Below are positions 55,060 through 64,000 of a stretch of DNA of 64,000 nt, piece after piece. How positions within the stretch are numbered: position 1 is the first letter of the stretch; every line of letters begins with the position of its first letter. This DNA is from Spirochaetia bacterium (GTDB lineage: Bacteria > Spirochaetota > Spirochaetia > CAKZLE01). The translations under genes and the position numbers were made by a program. The notes beneath the pieces are model-generated. The model searched no databases, was not told the DNA's origin, and saw nothing but the letters and a program-made list of their open reading frames with translations. The DNA is taken from positions 1,856,001-1,920,000 of the forward strand of contig OY782041.1 in the NCBI GenBank assembly GCA_963677595.1, written 5' to 3'.

Positions 55060-55761
55060 TCAGACCTCTATTTCTAGTTCCGGATAGAGGGTCTGGATGC
55101 ACTTCGGGCAGAGCCCGTGGCTGAACCCGATCTCGTGCTCCTCATCGAGGAGCTGCTCGATATGGTGCCATTCCCCATGCTGGTCCCGGATGCTCTTGCA
55201 GTTGGAGCAGATGGGGACGACTCCCCTGAGGGCCTTGATCTCGTGGAGGAACCCGGTGATGTTCGCATGTTTCGTATCGAGGAGCTGGTTCATGTAGAGG
55301 ATCTCGAGGTTGGCTTCGATGACCTGCTTGAACTTTCCCATCAGCTGCTCGACGGCCGGCAGGTATGCGTTCTCCTTCCTGTCCAGGATGCACAGGGTCC
55401 CGAAGGGGGTGTGGTCGGGAAAGGAGATGGGGAAGCCGAGATAGGAGATCATGTCCAGCTTGATATCGGGGTTATGGTCCCAGTCCGGGTCCTTGAGGGC
55501 ATTCGGCACGAGCAGACGCTGCTGGCTTGAGATCACCTCTTCACAGTAGAGACCGGAATCCTTAAGGACCTCGGATTCTCCCGACGTATAAGGGTTGTCC
55601 TCATTGGAGCTGGCGATGAGGACCTGGATCTTTTCACCCTGAAGCTGCATGACCAGGCCTGCAGGTACTCCGATGAGCTCAGACAGCAGGTCGGTGATCT
55701 GCTGCCAGGAGTGCTGGAACGCTTCGGGGATCGTGATGCTGTCGCGCTTGAATTGGCTCAT
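55060..55761 (-). CDS. GAF-domain protein with C-terminal Cys/His metal-binding tail
   Basis: GLYCE-x-V, SYLGFP, PFGTLCILD; PICSNCK-x-IRD...SHGLCPKC. Confidence 0.85.
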   Translation of the reverse strand: MSQFKRDSITIPEAFQHSWQQITDLLSELIGVPAGLVMQLQGEKIQVLIASSNEDNPYTSGESEVLKDSGLYCEEVISSQQRLLVPNALKDPDWDHNPDIKLDMISYLGFPISFPDHTPFGTLCILDRKENAYLPAVEQLMGKFKQVIEANLEILYMNQLLDTKHANITGFLHEIKALRGVVPICSNCKSIRDQHGEWHHIEQLLDEEHEIGFSHGLCPKCIQTLYPELEIEV

Positions 55762-55842
55762 AGGACACCTCAGTACTTTCTTTTCATGATACTACTCCCA
55801 CTCTGATCAGGTCTATATGTAATGTGCGTGCAGCGGGTAAAA

Positions 55843-56733
55843 TCATGCTCCCCGGTTCTTTTTCCGGTATTCCGAAGGCGTGCAGCCGAAAGACTCCCGG
55901 AAGGTCCGGTTGAATCGGGAGATGTCGGGGAAACCCGACTCATAGCAGACGGAGAGGATCTTGTCATCTGTGGTTCTCAGCTTCTGCAGGGCGGCTGCGA
56001 GTCTCCGCTGCTTCAGGTAGTCACCAGTGCTCATGCCGGTATACTCCCGGAAGTGCCGGCAGAGGTTCGCTTCCCGCAGCCCGCTGAGCTCACAGAGCTC
56101 GGTGAGCCTGACCGGTTCGGTATAATGGCTCTCGAGATACCTGATCACCCGGTCCATCCGCAGGTCATTACTGTCCCGCTCGACAGTAGGGGCAGCCCGG
56201 CAGAGCTCTATGAGGAAGAGGGAGAAGAGGTCCTCCATCGCCTTCTCAGCCCCGGGGCTGCCGGAGTCCTGTTCCCCATGGAGCAATCTTAGAATGACGG
56301 CAGCCTTGCGGGGATCGGGGAGCTGGAGGTGCTGGATGCGGTTGAGGCGGTTGCCGAGCTCGGGGTGGAGGGGGATGAGGGAATAGAGCCTGCCGGAGAG
56401 TGGGGTGGGGAGGTCGGGGAAAGGGTAGCGCTGCGGGTCCAAGTAGATGTTCATGAGCTCGACCGGGCCATCCTGGGTCTTGAGGGAGTGGAACTGCCGG
56501 TAGTTGAGGATCGTCAGGCTCCCGTCCGTCTCGTCATAGGTCTCGTCAGCCATGATATGCCGGAAGCTGCCCCGGATGACATAGAGCATCTCGATGAATG
56601 CATGGCTGTGGTAGGCATGGTCCTCCTGCTCGAAACCCTCGAAGTACTCGAGGGCGAGACCGGTCCGCTCAAGCCGGTCGCGCCGGGATGCGACATTGGG
56701 TTCCCTCAGGATCGGTAAAGATTCGCTTTCCAT
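55843..56733 (-). CDS. AraC family regulator
   Basis: Cupin HSH-x-F-x-E; C-terminal double HTH SGF-x-D-x2-FNR-x-F...G-x-TPSEYR. Confidence 0.93.
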   Translation of the reverse strand: MESESLPILREPNVASRRDRLERTGLALEYFEGFEQEDHAYHSHAFIEMLYVIRGSFRHIMADETYDETDGSLTILNYRQFHSLKTQDGPVELMNIYLDPQRYPFPDLPTPLSGRLYSLIPLHPELGNRLNRIQHLQLPDPRKAAVILRLLHGEQDSGSPGAEKAMEDLFSLFLIELCRAAPTVERDSNDLRMDRVIRYLESHYTEPVRLTELCELSGLREANLCRHFREYTGMSTGDYLKQRRLAAALQKLRTTDDKILSVCYESGFPDISRFNRTFRESFGCTPSEYRKKNRGA

Positions 56734-56810
56734 TTAATAAATATAGACCAAGATTTATGAAAAATACAGGTTTATCTTTATACTATCATAGAGAACACAG
56801 GAGCAGATAC

Positions 56811-57866
56811 ATGAACGCAAGGGAACGAGTGCTTGCAGTACTCAACAGGGAGAAGCCCGACCGGGTCCCCGTCGATATGTGGCTGGTACCGGAACTGGTC
56901 GAGCAGTTCAAGGAGTACCTCGACGTTGAGGATGAACTCGATATCTACCGGAAGCTCGACATCGACAAGATCGTCTGGCTCGGCATCCCCTACAAGGGGG
57001 TCATCCTCAAGGACCCGAACGAGCACCAGGAGGTCAACCACTGGGGCGTGCGCTTCGAGCAGGTGGAAGCCAATGAGGGGGTCGAGTACGGCGAGGTCTC
57101 CTTCAACCCCCTGAAGGGGCTCTCCACGGTAGAGGAACTCGATGCCTACCCCTGGCCCGACCCGGATAACTTCGACTATGTCACCGCCGCAGCAGAGGCG
57201 AAGGAACTCTCAAAGGAGTTCGTCACCCTCGGCCCCTGGGTATCGCTCTTCGAGGTCTACTGCCAGATGCGGGGGCTCGAGCAGGCCCTCATGGATACCG
57301 TCATGAACCCCGAGTTCCTCCACCGGGCCCTCGACCATATCGCGGAGAGCCAGGGCGAGATGGTGAGGCGGTTCCTCATCGCCGCCGAGGGGGCGATCGA
57401 CCTGGTCTTCCTGAGCGACGACATGGGCTCCCAGCAGAGCCTCCTCATGTCCCCGGCCTCCTTCGACGAGTTCATCTTCCCGCGGCTGAAAGGCTGGTGT
57501 GACATGGTCCACTCCTTCGGGGCGAGGACCTTCTTCCACACCGATGGGGCCTCAGAACCGATCATCCAGCGACTGATCGAGGCCGGGGTAGACGTCCTCA
57601 ACCCGATCCAGCACGTCTGCCCGGGGATGGACTGCGTCTCCCTGAAGGAGAAGTACGGGGATAGGGTCATCTTCCACGGCGGGGTGGAGAACCAGCAGGT
57701 CCTCCCCTTCGGGAGTGCCGCCGATGTCGCAGAAGAGACGACCCAATGCCTCAATGAGCTCGGGCCGGACGGGTACATCCCCTGTTCCTGCCACTTCGCC
57801 CAGGCTCATACGCCGAGGGAGAACATCCTGTCGTTAGTCAGGACGGTCCAGGAATACGAGTACTGA
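56811..57866 (+). CDS. Uroporphyrinogen decarboxylase / MtaA-CmuA superfamily protein
   Basis: MNARERV...PDRVP, RGLE, SDDMG-x-Q, FFHTDG, NPIQ, FHGGV, LPFG. Confidence 0.88.
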   Translation: MNARERVLAVLNREKPDRVPVDMWLVPELVEQFKEYLDVEDELDIYRKLDIDKIVWLGIPYKGVILKDPNEHQEVNHWGVRFEQVEANEGVEYGEVSFNPLKGLSTVEELDAYPWPDPDNFDYVTAAAEAKELSKEFVTLGPWVSLFEVYCQMRGLEQALMDTVMNPEFLHRALDHIAESQGEMVRRFLIAAEGAIDLVFLSDDMGSQQSLLMSPASFDEFIFPRLKGWCDMVHSFGARTFFHTDGASEPIIQRLIEAGVDVLNPIQHVCPGMDCVSLKEKYGDRVIFHGGVENQQVLPFGSAADVAEETTQCLNELGPDGYIPCSCHFAQAHTPRENILSLVRTVQEYEY

Positions 57867-58014
57867 TGCGGTAAAGTTCATAAAAGATGTCAAGATTGTC
57901 CAAAAAGATATAAGATGGTCATATATTCCTCCAGAAGTTCACTATTACTATGAACAAGTAGCCTGCAGGAGAGAAGCAGGTCGAGATTCCAGGTTATGAA
58001 CATGTGGAGGAGTT

Positions 58015-59361
58015 ATGAACGGGAAAGAACTGATTACACAGGCAATGAACAATGAGCCGGTAGAGCGGGTGCCGTGGGTACCGTACACCGGGGTGCAGAT
58101 AGCCAACCTGAAGGGGTATACGGCCGAAGAGGTACTCAAGGACGGGGACAAGCTCCTCGCATGCCTCCAGGAGTCGCACCGGCAGTACTCGCCGGACGGG
58201 CAGCCGGTCGTATTCGACCTGCAGGTGGAGGCCGAAGTCCTCGGCTGTGACCTGCTGTGGGCAGAGAACTCACCGCCGACGGTGAGCAGCCACCCGCTGG
58301 CAGCAGTGGATGACATCCCGACGAAGCTCCCGGGGAAGGAGGAGGGAAGGATCCCCCTGATCCTCGACGTCATGAGGCGGTTCAAGCAGGAGGTCGGGGA
58401 GACCACGGCTCTCTACGGCCTGGTCTGCGGGCCGTTCACCCTCGCATCCCACCTTCGGGGAACGAACATCTTCATGGACATGTATGATGACCCTGCGTAT
58501 GTCGACCGGCTGCTTGCCTTCACCACGGAAGTCGCGATCACCATGGCTGACTACTATATCGAGGCAGGGATGGACGTCATCGGCGCCGTCGACCCGCTGG
58601 TTTCGCAGATATCGCCGGACACCTTCTCCCATTTCTTGAGCGGACCCTACGGGAAGTTCTTCGACCATGTACGATCGAAGGGTGTCTTCTCTTCCTTCTT
58701 CGTCTGCGGGGATGCCACCAAGAACCTCGAGGTGATGTGCAAGAGCGGTCCTGACTGCCTCTCCATAGACGAGAACATCGACCTCGCCGCCGCCAAGAAG
58801 GTCACTGATGCCTATGACCTGGTGATCTCCGGGAACCTGCAGCTTACCGTCGTCATGCTGCTCGGGAACCAGAAGGACAACCAGAAGGCGGCCATCGAGA
58901 AGATCGATGCCATGGGCAGTACCAACTTCATCCTGGCTCCCGGCTGCGACATCCCCTTCGATGTCCCGCCGGCAAACGTCATCGGGGTCGGGCAGGCCGT
59001 GCAGGATGTGGAGGCTACCAGGCTGTTCCTCGAGTCTTACGTAAAGGAGGAGTCCACCGTCGATGTGGAACTCCCGGACTACCCGAACCTTGACCACATC
59101 CTCATCGAGGTCCTCACGATCGACTCCGCGACCTGTGCCGCCTGCGGGTACATGAAGGCTGCGGCAGACGAGGCCGCAGGCCTCTTCACCGGCAGGCCGG
59201 TGAAGGTGGTGGAGCGCAAGATCACCGAACCGGAGAATATCGTGCGGCTCGGGAAGATGGGCGTGGCGAACCTGCCTGCCATGGCGATCCAGGGGAACGT
59301 GAAGTTCGTCTCCCTCATCCCGAACAGGCAGGAGCTCCTCACAGCCCTGGCTGAAGTATGA
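58015..59361 (+). CDS. UroD/MtaA-like protein fused to a C-terminal thioredoxin-like domain
   Basis: VEAE-x-LG, GPFTLA, FFVCG, SGN, ILAPGCD; C-terminal TCAACGYM...GVANLP. Confidence 0.85.
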   Translation: MNGKELITQAMNNEPVERVPWVPYTGVQIANLKGYTAEEVLKDGDKLLACLQESHRQYSPDGQPVVFDLQVEAEVLGCDLLWAENSPPTVSSHPLAAVDDIPTKLPGKEEGRIPLILDVMRRFKQEVGETTALYGLVCGPFTLASHLRGTNIFMDMYDDPAYVDRLLAFTTEVAITMADYYIEAGMDVIGAVDPLVSQISPDTFSHFLSGPYGKFFDHVRSKGVFSSFFVCGDATKNLEVMCKSGPDCLSIDENIDLAAAKKVTDAYDLVISGNLQLTVVMLLGNQKDNQKAAIEKIDAMGSTNFILAPGCDIPFDVPPANVIGVGQAVQDVEATRLFLESYVKEESTVDVELPDYPNLDHILIEVLTIDSATCAACGYMKAAADEAAGLFTGRPVKVVERKITEPENIVRLGKMGVANLPAMAIQGNVKFVSLIPNRQELLTALAEV

Positions 59362-59378
59362 CCTGAATCGAGGTGCTG

Positions 59379-60311
59379 ATGTCTGCGGAGAAGCGAATCG
59401 ATATCATCCTGGTGACCGGGTTTCTCGGCGCCGGGAAGACGACCTTCCTCAACCGGCTGATGACGGGGACGGAAGGGGTGAAGAAAGGGCTCCTCGTGAA
59501 CGACTTCGGGGAGGTGCCGGTAGACGGCGCCCTCCTGAAGGGTGCCTCGGGCGAGGAGGGCCTCGTCTATGAGATCGGCAACGGGTCGATCTTCTGCTCC
59601 TGCCTGAAGAGCTCGTTCCTCTTCGGGCTGCAGTATTTCGCGAAGGAGCGCCCAGATATCCTCTTCATCGAGACCTCAGGCCTCTCAGACCCGACCGGGT
59701 TCTCCCGTATCCTCGAAAACCATGGGCTCGATGGGGAGTTCAGGATCTCCTCTATCATCTGCTTAGCAGACGCATCGAAGATCAGGGGGATCTCGACGGT
59801 CCTCGAGGCCCCGAACCGGCAGGTCGCCGCAGCCGACATCATCCTGCTCAACAAGGCCGACCTCGTCAGTACGGAGGAGATCGAGGGCCTCAGGCAGATG
59901 CTCACCGGGAAGAACCCGGAAGCCCGGCTGCTTACGGGGACCTATGGTGAGTTCCCCCTCCCTGGTATCCTCGAACACCGCCGGGAACGGGATTCAGGAG
60001 ACTGGGAGAGCTGCAACACGGAAGAGAACCGACCCGATTCCCTCTTCCTCGATACGGGGAGGATGCACAGGGATGCCGTCGCGAGGTTCCTCAGCGCAGT
60101 AACCGGTGAGATCCTGCGGGTGAAGGGCTTCATCCAGGACGGGGGCGAGACCTGGTATGTCTCCGATACGGGTGACAGATTTGAGTGGGTCCCGTTCTCC
60201 CGGACGGTCTCACGCTACGGCCTGACGGTGTTCCCGAAGCCGGGATCCTCCGCCCAGGTCGTGCAAGCTTGGAGAGCTTGCCGGAATGAACTGAAGGAGG
60301 ATGCAGTATGA
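59379..60311 (+). CDS. COG0523 (CobW-like) GTPase metallochaperone
   Basis: TGFLGAGKTT, VNDFG, GSIFCSC, IETSG, NKAD, LRVKG. Confidence 0.9.
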   Translation: MSAEKRIDIILVTGFLGAGKTTFLNRLMTGTEGVKKGLLVNDFGEVPVDGALLKGASGEEGLVYEIGNGSIFCSCLKSSFLFGLQYFAKERPDILFIETSGLSDPTGFSRILENHGLDGEFRISSIICLADASKIRGISTVLEAPNRQVAAADIILLNKADLVSTEEIEGLRQMLTGKNPEARLLTGTYGEFPLPGILEHRRERDSGDWESCNTEENRPDSLFLDTGRMHRDAVARFLSAVTGEILRVKGFIQDGGETWYVSDTGDRFEWVPFSRTVSRYGLTVFPKPGSSAQVVQAWRACRNELKEDAV

Positions 60312-61411
60312 GTGACCTGATCCTGCTGGGAGGATTCCTCGGCTCGGGGAAGACCAGCCTGATGCTGAAGCTCGCAGAGAAGCTGGAAGGGTTGGGCAAG
60401 CGTGTCTCCCTGATCACCAATGACCAGGGGGAGGGGCTCGTCGACACGAAGATCGCCCTGGCTTCGGGGTTTACCGCACAGGAGATAACCGGCGGCTGTT
60501 TCTGCTGCAGTTTTTCCTCCCTGCTCGGGACACTGGTGACGATCACCGAAGCACAATCACCCGATTACATCATCGCAGAGGCCGTGGGCAGCTGCACCGA
60601 CCTCTTCTCTACCGTGATCCGGCCGCTGCAGCAGTTCCACAGCGAGGTGGTAACCGTGAAGCGGTTCTGGGTCCTGGCCGACGGGCTTCGCTACGCTGAT
60701 GAGTTCTCACAGCTCGACCTGGAAGACCCCATCCTGCCCCTTGAGGTGCTGGCATCCCACCAGCTCAAGGAGACAGCCGAGATCCTCATCTCGAAGACTG
60801 ACCTGATCGGTCGGGAGCAGCTCGTCGGGGTCATCGACCGGCTGAGAGGGATCAACCCGAACGCCTTGATTCACCACTATTCCATCCATGATGATATCTC
60901 CCCTGTGCTGGGGGAACTCCTTTCAGAGGAGATCGTGCTTCCTGGCCACCATGAGGAGCTTGACTACGACCTCTATGCTGAGGCTGAGGCCGCCTACGGC
61001 TGGTACAATGGGAGCTGGGAGATGCGTATCGGTGAAGATCTTCCTCCGGCTGATCCTGCCGCGGTAGCGGCTTACCTGCTCCAGGGGCTGGATGGGGAGA
61101 TGAACCAGCGGGATGGGAAGGGCGTATCATCGATCGCCCATGCGAAAGTCCAGGTGACGACCCCTTCGGGATACTTCAAAGCCGGGATCAGCGGCAGGCA
61201 GCTGCAGGCACCGACCAAGGGGGAATTCAAACCTGAGCGGTCCTTCCATGTGGTACTCAACATCAGGGCAGCCGCACCCCCTGAACGACTGTCGGCGACA
61301 GTCGCTACCCTCCTGGATGGGCTGCAGCATCATTTCACGGGATTAGGGGTCACAGGGTATCAGGAGCAGACCCTCATCCCCTCACGCCCGAACCCGGAGT
61401 ACCACCTGTAG
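60308..61411 (+). CDS. Second CobW/HypB/UreG-family GTPase
   Basis: GGFLGSGKT, ITNDQG, GGCFCC, EAVGSC, SKTD; LDY-x2-YAEAEA-x2-GWYN. Confidence 0.87.
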   Translation: MSDLILLGGFLGSGKTSLMLKLAEKLEGLGKRVSLITNDQGEGLVDTKIALASGFTAQEITGGCFCCSFSSLLGTLVTITEAQSPDYIIAEAVGSCTDLFSTVIRPLQQFHSEVVTVKRFWVLADGLRYADEFSQLDLEDPILPLEVLASHQLKETAEILISKTDLIGREQLVGVIDRLRGINPNALIHHYSIHDDISPVLGELLSEEIVLPGHHEELDYDLYAEAEAAYGWYNGSWEMRIGEDLPPADPAAVAAYLLQGLDGEMNQRDGKGVSSIAHAKVQVTTPSGYFKAGISGRQLQAPTKGEFKPERSFHVVLNIRAAAPPERLSATVATLLDGLQHHFTGLGVTGYQEQTLIPSRPNPEYHL

Positions 61412-61412
61412 G

Positions 61413-62045
61413 TCAGTGGAAGTCATGCATGATATGGTTCTGGATGATCGATGAGATCAGCTTCTGTTCCTTGTTCCTCATGGCTTGAATCAATATTTTA
61501 TGTTGTTTGATATATGTTTCAAGATGGGAAAGATCCAGTTTCTGATTCAGCCGTAACAGTTGAATCCTTGCATCAAGTTTCTCAAAGATATCGTAGAGGA
61601 CATAATTCCCGCAATTCTTGGCAATAGTCAGATGGAAAAGGGAATCATATTCAAAGAGTTTGGCAATATCATTACTCATTGCATGATCGAAGCAACTCGA
61701 TGAAAGTTCATCTAGTTTATCATATAGTTCTTCAGAAGCCCGCTGGCTGAAGAGCTGGCAGGTCATGATCTCGAGGTTCACGCGAACTTCGGCGATCTGG
61801 TGTGCCTCCTCCTCGCTGATGCTCACCACCTCCGCGTAGCTGCGCGGCTTGAGGTATATCAGCCCGTAGTCGCTGAGCTTTTTCAGGGCATCCCGCAGAG
61901 GGGTCCGGCTGACGCCGAAGAGCTCGCTGAGCTGCTGCTCGGGGACGCGTTCCCCACCCTTAAGTTCTCCAGAAAGGATCATTTTCTTGATATGGTCATA
62001 GACAAGGTCTGAAAGACTTTTTTTCTTAATTAGTCGGTCATTCAC
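61413..62045 (-). CDS. GntR/FCD family regulator
   Basis: FGVSRTPLRDAL HTH; D-x2-FH and H-x2-L FCD motifs. Confidence 0.92.
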   Translation of the reverse strand: MNDRLIKKKSLSDLVYDHIKKMILSGELKGGERVPEQQLSELFGVSRTPLRDALKKLSDYGLIYLKPRSYAEVVSISEEEAHQIAEVRVNLEIMTCQLFSQRASEELYDKLDELSSSCFDHAMSNDIAKLFEYDSLFHLTIAKNCGNYVLYDIFEKLDARIQLLRLNQKLDLSHLETYIKQHKILIQAMRNKEQKLISSIIQNHIMHDFH

Positions 62046-62059
62046 TACTTTTCCCTCTT

Positions 62060-62077
62060 TTGTTTATTGTATACAAT
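62060..62077 (-). promoter_or_regulatory. Putative GntR box (similar copies at 62878-62894 and 63078-63094)
   Basis: ATTGTATACAAT palindrome overlapping the 17-mer TTGTTTATTGTATACAA. Confidence 0.7.
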
Positions 62078-62218
62078 GGCATAAGCCTGTCAACTGGGAA
62101 AATGTATAAATTACTTCAATAGTTAAAAAACATGGAAAATAACATATATTAATACTGATACCCAGCAAGGACTATATAATGAACTAGTCTATTGGTGGTT
62201 CTGTAGTGTTGAATATTA

Positions 62219-62875
62219 TTAATTTTGTAAATCATGAAGAATATGAGTTTGAATGAGTTTCCGTGCTTGTTCGGGATCTCTCTCTTGGATGGCCTGAAAA
62301 AGCTGATAATGCTGATTTACATATTTTAATAGTTCTTCTTTTGGAACTTTCTGTTTTAACCTAAGGAGTTGGATTTTAGTATCCACCCTTTCAATCAGGT
62401 CGAGTAAGTGTATATTCTGTGTCATTTGTGCCAACATAATATGGATTTTACTGTCCCACTCAAAGGATTTGGATAGCTCTCCATGTATGGTATAGTCAAT
62501 ACACTCTTTCTGTAGTTCGTAGAGAGGAAGGAAATCCAGATCAAACGGACTCTGTACTAATAGATCAACACTCAAACGTTCAAGACTTAACCGTACAACA
62601 GCTACATTCAAGGATTCTCCTACGCCCAATTCCTGCACTATAGCAAAACTTCGTGGTTTCAAATGTACGAGGCCCAATTGATCAAGTTTCTTCAGCGCTT
62701 CTCGTATTGGTGTTCGGCTGACTCCCAAGCGCTGTGCAATTTTCTCCTCAGGAATTTTTACGCCGCCACGAAGTTGACCGGAAAGGATTAAATCTTTGAT
62801 ATAGAAGAAAGCTTGTTCTGATAAACTGGTTTTCTGGATTACTCTTTGAGAATATGCTACTAAATGGTCATTCAT
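62219..62875 (-). CDS. GntR/FCD family regulator (paralog)
   Basis: LGVSRTPIREAL; colinear similarity to the 61413 gene (LKPRS, KIQLLRL-x-Q, HILHD). Confidence 0.92.
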   Translation of the reverse strand: MNDHLVAYSQRVIQKTSLSEQAFFYIKDLILSGQLRGGVKIPEEKIAQRLGVSRTPIREALKKLDQLGLVHLKPRSFAIVQELGVGESLNVAVVRLSLERLSVDLLVQSPFDLDFLPLYELQKECIDYTIHGELSKSFEWDSKIHIMLAQMTQNIHLLDLIERVDTKIQLLRLKQKVPKEELLKYVNQHYQLFQAIQERDPEQARKLIQTHILHDLQN

Positions 62876-63114
62876 GATTGTATATTGTATTCTATAAATA
62901 CTGAAACGTCAATGTAATCCTTATTAATCTTATGGAATATACAACCTGAACACAATAGTATAATACAGATAATAATCTTATAAAATGTTATAATAGAACA
63001 AATAAAAAATTACTACGAGTTGATCATATCCTGGAAAGTACTATAGTTCAAGTTTGTGTTTGACATATAGATCTTTATAGTATACAATATACAAAACAAA
63101 TTGAGGAGGCGTTC

Positions 63115-64000
63115 ATGAAACGTTCTAAATTCCTATTAGTTACGATAACCTTTCTTTTTCTTGCATCGATGATCTTCGCCCAAGGGGGGGCTGAGACAAC
63201 TCCACAACAAAAAAAGTTGAATGTAAATATTGCTTCTGTATTCCCCCCAGAGGGGCCAATACATGAACTTATGGTTACTTTCAAGACTTTGGTTGAAGAT
63301 GAGACTGATGGAAGGATCAGTGTGACTATCCATCCAAGTGGTGCTTTAGGTGGTGAGCGCGAGGTTGTTGAAGCCTTGGTTGACGGTTCGGTTGAAATGG
63401 CAGCACAGGGAATCATGGATCTCATTATGTATATGCCTGAATATACTGTGTTTGAAGAACCTTTTGTCATCAAAGATGTGGACCACTTGTATAAGTTCTG
63501 GGAAACCATAGGAGAAGAGATGAACCAGAAACTTGCTGATGAAGTAGGTATTATCACATCAGCTATTGCAGTCAGAGGCTCTCGGATGATCACTGCAAAT
63601 AAGCCGATTTATGAACCTTCGGATTTGAATGGATTAAAATTCCGACTGCCGCAGTACCCTGTACGGATCAAGGTGTTTGAAGCATTTGGTGCGATCCCAA
63701 CCGTTGTAGCTTTCCCTGAAGTGTATATGGCATTGAAGACTGGTACTGTCGATGCAGAAGAGAACCCGCCAGAGACTATCTATACTTACAAATTCCATGA
63801 AGCACAGGACTATCTGATTAAGACAAACCATGTATGGTCGACCGCAAGATATCAGATATCAAAGAAGTGGTTTGATGGAATTCCTGCAGCTGATCAAGAA
63901 ATCATTCTGGATGCTTGGAAACAGGCAGAAGCTCATAACAAAGAAGTATCTTACAATCCTGATGATGTCTATGTCCAGAAGCTTGAAGATGCAGGTATGA
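63115..64000 (+). CDS. dctP: TRAP substrate-binding protein (partial, runs off right edge)
   Basis: Manual translation: GAGGAGG RBS, signal peptide, GALGGERE, GLKFRLP, FGAIPT, EVYMALKTGTVDAEENP. Confidence 0.9.
   Translation, partial: MKRSKFLLVTITFLFLASMIFAQGGAETTPQQKKLNVNIASVFPPEGPIHELMVTFKTLVEDETDGRISVTIHPSGALGGEREVVEALVDGSVEMAAQGIMDLIMYMPEYTVFEEPFVIKDVDHLYKFWETIGEEMNQKLADEVGIITSAIAVRGSRMITANKPIYEPSDLNGLKFRLPQYPVRIKVFEAFGAIPTVVAFPEVYMALKTGTVDAEENPPETIYTYKFHEAQDYLIKTNHVWSTARYQISKKWFDGIPAADQEIILDAWKQAEAHNKEVSYNPDDVYVQKLEDAGM

Overview
A 64-kb bacterial chromosomal window, mostly GC-rich. The signal peptides on the solute-binding proteins (FAGGxQE-type) suggest a free-living Spirochaetota such as Sphaerochaeta; this is an inference. 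In order, the window holds: a MazG-like plus DUF2075-like helicase pair (cut at the left edge); pyk; a TetR/ABC/2xGH78/GH1 glycoside locus; an IclR/TRAP/3x sulfatase/DapA-like locus; an MFS-HEAT fusion; an AT-rich AbiD/AbiF-type HEPN gene split by a complete IS66-family element (22-bp IRs, 8-bp TSD); a VTC-domain/DUF4956/Cthe_2159-like operon with a two-component system; a Ugp-like glycerophosphodiester operon ending in a mevalonate kinase; a paralogous lipoprotein pair, one with DUF1566 domains; a UroD/MtaA-like plus 2x COG0523 locus; two GntR genes; and a partial TRAP DctP. Three intact and one decayed COG1373 (AAA_14+DUF4143) ATPase genes are scattered through it. The most striking unexplained patterns are four. 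(i) Two single cargo genes are each bracketed by ~130-bp diverged direct duplications of neighbouring gene 3' ends. (ii) Each COG1373 gene has its own palindrome over or near its promoter, and there are two 3x palindrome arrays. (iii) A structured leader RNA precedes the Abi gene. (iv) A shared TTAAGGTTC-N2-TTAAG box defines a likely regulon. All family calls come from motif recognition by eye, not database searches.
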